Shown in pieces: positions 39,835 through 46,422 of a DNA stretch of 64,000 nt. The notes under the pieces were generated by a model. The model had not been told where the DNA came from. It made no database searches and saw only the letters and a list, made by a program, of their open reading frames with translations. This DNA is from an uncultured Clostridia bacterium (GTDB lineage Bacteria; Bacillota; Clostridia; TANB77; CAG-508): assembly GCA_944393135.1 (NCBI GenBank), contig CALXZC010000001.1:9501-73500 (forward strand), read 5' to 3'. The first letter of the stretch is position 1, and each line of letters begins with the position of its first letter. The position numbers and the translations under genes were made by a program.

Positions 39835-40460
39835 TAAGTGGTAGGTTGGTGGATGTTATTTTGGATTAAAGTTCATTAATGTGTTGTTGTGTCATTTGTA
39901 ATATATTATATTAATGAAAGGAATATTTAATTAATATTCCTTGGAGTTAATAAACTAAATTATTAATTGCAAGGAGTATTAATTACTTCGGTTGGTGGGA
40001 GGATGATTGAGTCTGATGGAGTGTATTTAGTTAAAATACTATGAGATGAAATAAAGTATTTATAACTATTCACAAGATAAGAGGATATGTTAATGTCCTC
40101 TAAAGATAATAATTGTATATTTTATAGAGTATAAATATTTAATATTCTGGTAGGTTGGTGGATGTTAGCGTGGTTTATGTTCTTGTAAGGTTTGTTATGT
40201 TGGATTGTAGTTTTGTTCGGTTTATATAGGGTATTTATACCCTATAAAGTGTATGATTATTATTTTTAGAGAATATTAATAGTATTCTGGTAGGTGGAGG
40301 ATGTTTATGTATTTCGGTGTATTGAGCTTTCAAGTGAAGACAAATATTGTGATTTGGAATAGATTACATTAATAGGACATTTAATGTCCTACTGAGTTAA
40401 TAAATTAAAATATTAATTGAGTAGAATATTAAATGTGTGAATAGGTTTAATATTCTTAAT
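39835..40460 (+). repeat. array of hairpins and four copies of a GG-run motif (GGTAGGTTGGTGGATG-like)
   Basis: GG-run copies at 39840-39855, 39990-40005, 40149-40164 and 40289-40303; at least seven perfect or near-perfect hairpins; duplicated GAGTTAATAAAYTAAAWTATTAATTG at about 39944 and 40394. Confidence 0.7.
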
Positions 40461-40488
40461 AAAATTTAAGAAAGGAGTTGACCAAGAT

Positions 40489-41184
40489 ATGGCAACAAAA
40501 ACAGAATCAAAACAATTAGTATTTGCTCCAAGGTGGAAACATTTAACAGTAACGATAAAAGGAGAAGCACCATTGGCAATGCAAAACAGACCACAGTCAG
40601 TAATTGAAAATTTAAGAAGAAAGGATAATGGATTACCTGTCATTAAATATAAAAATAGTGATTGGAGAAGATTTATAGATTCTATTCATTGGATAGATGA
40701 ATCTAAAAAACCAAATACATTAGATGATTCAATTACAGAAGAGCAATATCAAGAACAATTTAATAAACTTTTAAAAGAAAGTGAGGAAACAGGAGAACCA
40801 TTATTCTATATACCTACAGAAGCATTCAAAGAAAGTATTTGTAGTGGAGCATATAGAAACGGTATAACTAAGGATAAAGTTAGTATGAGAGGTTCTTTTA
40901 TAATAATTGGTGATAAAGCACCCATTAGATTTTCAAGTGTGGAAATGGAAGCGGTACCTACCATAAATAAAAATGCAAAAGGAGCTATGGTGGTAAGTGT
41001 ATATTCTAAATTTAACAATTGGGAAACCACATTAAAGATAAATTATAATGAAGAATTAATTTCCGCAGAAAATTTAATAAATATAATATGTGCATCTGGA
41101 TTAAGTGTGGGTGTACTTGCCAGAAGAACAGAATTAAGTTTTGGAAAATATGGTACATTTACAGCAACACAAGTTAAGAAATAA
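40489..41184 (+). CDS. hypothetical protein
   Basis: 231-aa ORF, RBS AAAGGAG. Confidence 0.55.
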   Translation: MATKTESKQLVFAPRWKHLTVTIKGEAPLAMQNRPQSVIENLRRKDNGLPVIKYKNSDWRRFIDSIHWIDESKKPNTLDDSITEEQYQEQFNKLLKESEETGEPLFYIPTEAFKESICSGAYRNGITKDKVSMRGSFIIIGDKAPIRFSSVEMEAVPTINKNAKGAMVVSVYSKFNNWETTLKINYNEELISAENLINIICASGLSVGVLARRTELSFGKYGTFTATQVKK

Positions 41185-41234
41185 ATCATTATAGGTGTTA
41201 TAATATATGTAGATATAAAAAGTTCCTTTTCTTT

Positions 41235-41309
41235 TGATAGGTAGCCTAGAGGGTTAGGCATAGGGCTCATAACCCTAATACGTGGGTTCGAATCCCACCT
41301 TATCAGCCA
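41235..41309 (+). tRNA. tRNA-Met(CAU), initiator-like, CCA encoded (cargo of cassette 1)
   Basis: Manual cloverleaf: TGATAGG TA GCCT AGAGGGTT AGGC A TAGGG CTCATAA CCCTA ATAC GTGGG TTCGAAT CCCAC CTTATCA G CCA. Three G:C pairs close the anticodon loop, as in tRNA-fMet. Confidence 0.85.
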
Positions 41310-41461
41310 TTTGTTACTTTTCATCTATATTCAAATTAGGGTATAAAAAGTTCCTTTTTGAGGGTAGTAACCCACAATTTTTTGGAAATTGAGTAATATT
41401 ACTTTTCACCCTATTTAATTTAATAATTAATTTTATACAACATAAAAAGTTCCTTATAACA

Positions 41462-41566
41462 ATTAGGGTCAAGCAGCCTGTCACTGGTTCGAGTCCAGTC
41501 TAGTGTAAATATTTATAAACGCGACTATATTTACGCTAGTAGCTCAGTTGGTAGAGCAGCCGCACA
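41462..41566 (+). tRNA. circularly permuted tRNA-like gene (cargo of cassette 3), anticodon not assignable
   Basis: T arm ACTGG TTCGAGT CCAGT, acceptor 3' strand CTAGTGT and A (41483-41507) lie upstream of acceptor 5' strand ACGCTAG and D arm TA GCTC AGTTGGTA GAGC (41533-41557); 7/7 acceptor pairs including one G-U. Confidence 0.5.
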
Positions 41567-41622
41567 TATTTTACTTTTCGTTGTATATATGTAATAATAG
41601 GCATAGAAACTTCCTTTAAAAA

Positions 41623-41665
41623 TGGTTAATCTTGGTTCGAATCCAAGAGTAGTGATTTAGCTACT
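41623..41665 (+). ncRNA. closed acceptor/T-arm minihelix (cargo of cassette 4)
   Basis: CTTGG TTCGAAT CCAAG T arm followed by hairpin AGTAGT-GATTTA-GCTACT; no D or anticodon arm. Confidence 0.35.
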
Positions 41666-41724
41666 TTAGTTAGTTTCAGCCTATATAATATTAAAAATGG
41701 TGGTATAAAAAGTTCCTTTATTTT

Positions 41725-41877
41725 GGTCTTGAAAACCGGTACATTGTAGGTTCGAATCCTACCTCCCCCACCAAACCCTTTAATTAGGGTTAATTCCAAC
41801 ATTATATTAATTTAGTGTGTTAAGTTTAAATATTTAACATACTAAATATGGGGGAGTGGCGGAATGGTAGACGCGCC
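41725..41877 (+). tRNA. circularly permuted (or split) tRNA gene, anticodon UGA (cargo of cassette 5)
   Basis: 3' part 41725-41773 is GGT CTTGAAA ACCGG TACATT GTAGG TTCGAAT CCTAC CTCCCCC A CCA. 5' part 41850-41877 is GGGGGAG TG GCG GAATGGTAGA CGC G CC. Acceptor pairs 7/7. Joining CC+GGT completes the anticodon stem CCGGT/ACCGG. Confidence 0.6.
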
Positions 41878-42013
41878 TTACATACTTTTCACCACATATT
41901 ATATACAATAGTGAGTTATAAGATGTTCCTTTTAATCCCTGATAAGGATTAGCCTTTTAAGCTAAATTATATTTACATCTCAACTCACTTTTATTTATTT
42001 AAAGGAGGATAAT

Positions 42014-42481
42014 ATGAAACAATTAAATTCTTATCAGCTTTGTTATGTAGAAGGTGGTAGATGGATGGATGAGGATATAACATTATATTTCACAGAGAGG
42101 GACGTTAAAGACCAGTGGGGTGATGGTTGGTCAAGACATCCATACGAACACAATGCTGGAACACCTTATGATGAGGATACTAGTGTTGAATTAGGTGTTG
42201 AAAATGGTAGAGGAGTATATCCAAAAATAGATATATTTAAAGTAATATTAACAACGAATGAATATAGTTATTTAATTACACCTTGTTCTAATACAGATAA
42301 TTCTATCTATTCTGTAAAGGATATAAATAGTAAATCCATACCTTGGGTAACTATTAAAAAAGATGATACTGTTGTATCTTTGTATGCTGGAACTACATAT
42401 AAAAAATTTTTAAGTTTAGTTAAAGATTTAGATTTTATTGAAATAATGGTTCCATATCATAGGTTTATTAAAAAGAAATAA
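42014..42481 (+). CDS. hypothetical protein
   Basis: 155-aa ORF, RBS AAAGGAGG. Confidence 0.55.
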   Translation: MKQLNSYQLCYVEGGRWMDEDITLYFTERDVKDQWGDGWSRHPYEHNAGTPYDEDTSVELGVENGRGVYPKIDIFKVILTTNEYSYLITPCSNTDNSIYSVKDINSKSIPWVTIKKDDTVVSLYAGTTYKKFLSLVKDLDFIEIMVPYHRFIKKK

Positions 42482-42504
42482 ATATATAATTTAGGAGGTA
42501 GAAA

Positions 42505-44583
42505 GTGATGAGAGATATGTTAGAAAAACAAATTATATCTTGTTTAAGATTATTTAAAGGTTATTTGCCTAATTGTACAAATGAATTAGACGTATGTAAA
42601 ACAGTGTTGGAATTTAAAGAAGATATGTTAAAAAGAGGCTTATTATTTGTAACAAAAACAACAGAGGATATATCGCCAAAAGTTGTAGAGTTGGCTGTAA
42701 ATATGTATGGAGTTAAAGAAGAGGAATGGAATCAAACATTTCATAAATCATTTGCAACAGTAAGAGATACCGATATAGAAACATTAGTAGTGCAACAAAT
42801 AGTACATTATATAACAACCTATGGATTTGAAGCATTAGGTATATATGATAAAGACACAGTATATATTCCAAAAGAGGAACTAGAAATACCGGAATTAGAC
42901 AGGGATATACCTTTAGTTGTTATTAAAGAATTAACAGAGGAAGAATTAGGTGAAAAATTATTAACATTATTAACATCAGGAATAGCCTTAAGTGAACAAA
43001 CAGTACAAGACGTTATGAATTTAAGTGATTATATACCTAAAACTAAATTTGATGATATTAAAAATAAAGAATTAAGAACAGCATTGTATGATAAATATAA
43101 TATTGTTCCAAGAAATAATGTAGAATTTTTAAGATATATGATTTATAAATTAACTAGTTCAACATTATTAATAAAGAATCAACAAACAATAAAAACTTTA
43201 AAAGAAGCTAATACAGAACAAGTGTATAATTTATTACATAGTTATCTAACTAATACATCAAATGGATATATAAAATTAGCGGAAATCTTCTTAAGATATA
43301 AGGATTTATTTTTAGCTTTAAAAAGGTCCGATGATAGTGTAGATATATTTAGTAAAACATCTTTTAAAGAAAATAAACAAATTAATAAAATTATTAATAA
43401 AATTAGTAAATTAGCTAAAAAATATCATAAACCTTTACAACCACAAATATTAGACCAATTAACACAATTATCTAGTACAAAAGTAATGGAAAAAGAATCT
43501 GAAATATTAGAAGAATTAAATAAGGTAACAATATTTAGAGAGTTAAGAATATTAAATGGTTTATTATATAGATTACAAAATCCTGAAAATATGTTATATA
43601 AGATAAGAAATGGAAAAGGTTATGTAAAATCATCTAAAAATTATAAGGTTGTTGATAGTAATTATAGTAAATATCAATATATTTACAATTTAGTATATAA
43701 ACATTTAGTACAAAGATTAACACTAATATTAAAAGATAAAACAGCTTATATTCCAGAAAATATAAATTATGCCTTACCAACATCTGAAAAACAATTTAAT
43801 GAAAATATACCTGAAGGCACATATATAGAGATACCTAGAACAACAAATATGGTTATAGGTGTACATTGGAAAAATACAAGTGGTAGAGTTGATTTAGATT
43901 TACACGCACAAAATAAAGACCAACAATTTGGATGGAATACAAGCTATAGAAGTGTAAGTGGTTCTGAATTTTATTATAGTGGTGATATTACAAGTCCAGA
44001 TGTGGAATATGGAGCAACAGAAGTATTTTATATAGGTCAAAGTTTAGAACAAAAAGCTTTTTTACTAACATTAAATGATTATTCAAGTCCTAATGAAGAT
44101 ATACCTTATGAGTTTTTTGTAGCAGAAACAGATAGAGAACAAGTGGATAAAAGTTATATAGTAAACCCAAATAAAGTTAAATTTATAACTACAGAAAAAT
44201 TTAAATATATACATTCTACAAAACAATTTGAATCTAGACAAAAAGTATTAGCATTTATAGTTATTAATAAAGATAGTATAAAAGTATATTTTAATGATTT
44301 TTCTTTAGGAAATTCTATTGTTACAAGACAAAATAATATTACACAAGGTGCTTTTAAATGTTTACAAATAGAGGCAGATAATAGATTAATGTTAAAAGAT
44401 ATTTTAGTAGATTGTGGTGTTAAATTAGTAGATAGTCCAACATATGATGAATTTATTAAAGATGAAACAATGTTAGACAAGGATGGACAACCTGTATACA
44501 AAAAGATAACACATAAAGTCGATTACGATTTATCATTAGAAAATATAGATAAAACAACTTTTATAAATTTATTAAATAGTTAA
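42505..44583 (+). CDS. large hypothetical protein; C-terminal TerD-like segment possible
   Basis: 692-aa ORF; VHWKNTSGRVDLDLHAQ...YYSGDITS...GATEVFYI resembles the TerD-domain pattern. Confidence 0.5.
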   Translation: MMRDMLEKQIISCLRLFKGYLPNCTNELDVCKTVLEFKEDMLKRGLLFVTKTTEDISPKVVELAVNMYGVKEEEWNQTFHKSFATVRDTDIETLVVQQIVHYITTYGFEALGIYDKDTVYIPKEELEIPELDRDIPLVVIKELTEEELGEKLLTLLTSGIALSEQTVQDVMNLSDYIPKTKFDDIKNKELRTALYDKYNIVPRNNVEFLRYMIYKLTSSTLLIKNQQTIKTLKEANTEQVYNLLHSYLTNTSNGYIKLAEIFLRYKDLFLALKRSDDSVDIFSKTSFKENKQINKIINKISKLAKKYHKPLQPQILDQLTQLSSTKVMEKESEILEELNKVTIFRELRILNGLLYRLQNPENMLYKIRNGKGYVKSSKNYKVVDSNYSKYQYIYNLVYKHLVQRLTLILKDKTAYIPENINYALPTSEKQFNENIPEGTYIEIPRTTNMVIGVHWKNTSGRVDLDLHAQNKDQQFGWNTSYRSVSGSEFYYSGDITSPDVEYGATEVFYIGQSLEQKAFLLTLNDYSSPNEDIPYEFFVAETDREQVDKSYIVNPNKVKFITTEKFKYIHSTKQFESRQKVLAFIVINKDSIKVYFNDFSLGNSIVTRQNNITQGAFKCLQIEADNRLMLKDILVDCGVKLVDSPTYDEFIKDETMLDKDGQPVYKKITHKVDYDLSLENIDKTTFINLLNS

Positions 44584-44593
44584 TATATATAAT

Positions 44594-44632
44594 AAGAAGT
44601 TATTTACTATAAAAGTAATTAACTTCTTTTTT
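44594..44632 (+). terminator. intrinsic terminator
   Basis: 15-bp stem AAGAAGTTATTTACT / AGTAATTAACTTCTT (one mismatch) followed by TTTT. Confidence 0.7.
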
Positions 44633-44652
44633 AATTAATTTTATAAAAACCC

Positions 44653-44681
44653 TTTACATATTTTTAAATATATAGTATAAT
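44653..44681 (+). promoter_or_regulatory. sigma-70-type promoter (family 1)
   Basis: CCCTTTACATATTTTTAAATATATAGTATAAT = TTTACA, 17-nt spacer, TATAAT. Confidence 0.7.
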
Positions 44682-44716
44682 ACTATTAATAAGAAAATTA
44701 TAAGGAGGTTTTTAGT

Positions 44717-45106
44717 ATGAGTAAATTAACTGAAAGTTTTGAAAAATTTGATAATAAACAAAATAGGTATCTTAAATTATTAGCGGATATAGCTGAGTTT
44801 GAATTATTAAATAAGGATAACGAAATACTAAAAAAGTATAGACAATTATTAAAAAAGAAAGAGGATATCGAAAAAAGTATAAAAGAGGACAAAGATATAC
44901 TTTATACACAAATGTTAGAGGAAGATATGGATTTATTAGAAGGAAAATATATAAATGTATCCTTAAAAAGACCTTATTATAAAACAGATTTTGATTTAAC
45001 ACAATTTAAGAAAGATTATAAACCAACTTCTTCAATGTATAAAAAATATGTAAAACAAAAATTAGTAAAAGGTAACATTATTATAAAAGACCCACAAAAA
45101 GAATAA
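44717..45106 (+). CDS. hypothetical protein
   Basis: 129-aa ORF, RBS TAAGGAGG. Confidence 0.5.
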   Translation: MSKLTESFEKFDNKQNRYLKLLADIAEFELLNKDNEILKKYRQLLKKKEDIEKSIKEDKDILYTQMLEEDMDLLEGKYINVSLKRPYYKTDFDLTQFKKDYKPTSSMYKKYVKQKLVKGNIIIKDPQKE

Positions 45107-45122
45107 TGTAAAATAGTATTAA

Positions 45123-45150
45123 AGAGGTAGAAAAACTACCTCTTTTTTTA
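45123..45150 (+). terminator. intrinsic terminator
   Basis: AGAGGTAG-aaaaa-CTACCTCT followed by T7. Confidence 0.8.
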
Positions 45151-45164
45151 TTTAGTTTATACCC

Positions 45165-45227
45165 TTTACAAATTTTTAAAAATATTTTATAAAAACCCTT
45201 TACAAATTTTTAATAATATGTTAATAT
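45165..45227 (+). promoter_or_regulatory. two tandem family-1 promoters
   Basis: CCCTTTACAAATTTTTAAAAATATTTTATAAA (TTTACA at 45165) and CCCTTTACAAATTTTTAATAATATGTTAATAT (TTTACA at 45199). Confidence 0.6.
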
Positions 45228-45276
45228 AATATTGTAGTTGATAAGACTACAATAAAATTTTAGGAGGTAAAAACAA

Positions 45277-45579
45277 ATGAAAGGAAGAAATTTAGGAAAA
45301 CAATTAGAGGAGATTGTTAAATTAAAACAAAAAGCAGAAACACAAACAGAAAAATTAGGAAAGGAGTATGTATTAACGGCAACAAAGTTAGCTAAAAATA
45401 CTATCACACAGTTAGATAAAGTTTTACAAACTTTAGATGATAAAAATACACAATTAGATTCTATATCAATTGCTGATAGTATATATAAAATTTTAGTGGA
45501 CCAAGATTATAAGCAATTAGAAAAAGTAAAGGATAATTACGATGTATGGTCAGATTTAAACGATAAGTTTAATTCGTAA
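45277..45579 (+). CDS. hypothetical protein
   Basis: 100-aa ORF, RBS TAGGAGG. Confidence 0.5.
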   Translation: MKGRNLGKQLEEIVKLKQKAETQTEKLGKEYVLTATKLAKNTITQLDKVLQTLDDKNTQLDSISIADSIYKILVDQDYKQLEKVKDNYDVWSDLNDKFNS

Positions 45580-45609
45580 ATACATATAAAAAGAAACGAG
45601 GGATAAAAA

Positions 45610-46392
45610 ATGAAAAGAACAAGATATAATAAAAAAAGAAGTAGAAAAACGAAAAGAAGTAGAAAAACGAGCGGTGTATATAAACCTGTCTCGACTAAAA
45701 AGTACATATTTATATTATTTATGTTTTTTATAATTATGTTGGCATTATATTACATAGTTCCTGATAGTATAACTTTTACTGTTGGAGTAGATGAATATAA
45801 AAAAGACGAAATTAAAGAAATTGTACGTGAAGTTTTAAAAGAAGAAACAAATAACACTGATACAGAATTAAATTCAGTTACAAGCGAACCTAACGTTAAT
45901 ACAGACGAACAAATTACACAACAAGAACAACAAGTTGAACAAACAGTTCAAGTAACAAGTAGAAGTAACGAACAACCTAGACAAAACAATAGTATAACAT
46001 TAACTAATTATAGAATCACATCTTATCACCCAGGAGATAATTGTTTAAGTGGTACAAAAACAGGTAGTGGTAAAACTATAAATGATTTTAGTACAATACA
46101 AATAAGTGGTAAAGATGTTTATACATATAAAGGAAAAATAGTTGTGGCAACAGCAACAGAAGAATTATTAAAGTCGGGTTATAATGTTAAAGGTGGAGGA
46201 ACAAGACAAGAAGGAAAACATTATTTTAACTATTATGATGAGTTAAAAATTAATATAGACGGTACATACTATGATGCTATTGTATTAGATAGTTGTGGTG
46301 CTGCAATGTGGACAGGAGAATATAGAATAGATTTATATGTTCCAGAGGCATCCGATGTTATAAATAGAAGTAATATAACAGTTAAAATTTAA
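45610..46392 (+). CDS. membrane-anchored 3D-domain (MltA/RlpA-like DPBB) protein, possible cell-wall hydrolase
   Basis: Basic N-terminus and TM helix; ITSYHPGDNCLSGTKTGSGK...VVATAT...AIVLDSCGAAMW...IDLYV fits the 3D-domain pattern. Confidence 0.55.
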   Translation: MKRTRYNKKRSRKTKRSRKTSGVYKPVSTKKYIFILFMFFIIMLALYYIVPDSITFTVGVDEYKKDEIKEIVREVLKEETNNTDTELNSVTSEPNVNTDEQITQQEQQVEQTVQVTSRSNEQPRQNNSITLTNYRITSYHPGDNCLSGTKTGSGKTINDFSTIQISGKDVYTYKGKIVVATATEELLKSGYNVKGGGTRQEGKHYFNYYDELKINIDGTYYDAIVLDSCGAAMWTGEYRIDLYVPEASDVINRSNITVKI

Positions 46393-46422
46393 TGTAAAAT
46401 ATTACTATAAGGAGGATTTTAT

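Larger units (their letters stand above)
41210..41989 (+). repeat. six tandem stem-clamped RNA cassettes (H2-ATA-H1-TCCTTWW-cargo-H1'-C/A-H2')
   Basis: Conserved core with compensatory H1/H1' and H2/H2' changes in every unit (see findings). Confidence 0.8.

Noticed and set aside
39840-40370. Mini-ORFs after the GG-run motifs (MLFWIKVH, MIESDGVYLVKIL, MLAWFMFL, MYFGVLSFQVKTNIVIWNRLH)
   Set aside because: Lengths, sequences and spacing to the SD-like element differ between copies, with ATG directly abutting GGAGG/GGTGG in most. There is no consistent coding signal, so they are kept only as an alternative under the repeat-array finding.
41043-41324. 93-aa minus-strand ORF spanning the 40489-41184 gene end and the first tRNA
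   Set aside because: It is the antisense reading of tRNA-Met (WDSNPRIRV is the complement of the T arm). It is not a gene.
41850-41947. Normal-order tRNA-Leu with an intron (CCTTA at 41876 pairing with TAAGG at 41943)
   Set aside because: No T arm or CTCCCCC acceptor strand follows TAAGG. The matching acceptor strand, T arm and CCA are upstream at 41746-41773.
41936-41950. CTGATAAGG as a hammerhead ribozyme core (CUGAUGA)
   Set aside because: It does not match CUGANGA, and there is no GAAA or helix III partner. It is better explained as an anticodon-type loop.
41210-41989. Repeated ATAAAAAGTTCCTTT / ACTTTTCA motifs as a CRISPR array or as short introns between tRNA halves
   Set aside because: The repeats are not identical direct repeats with unique spacers. 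They form nested inverted pairs around each cargo with compensatory changes. Read as 5' half-intron-3' half in gene order, the acceptor strands of neighbouring pieces do not pair. The permuted order pairs 7/7.
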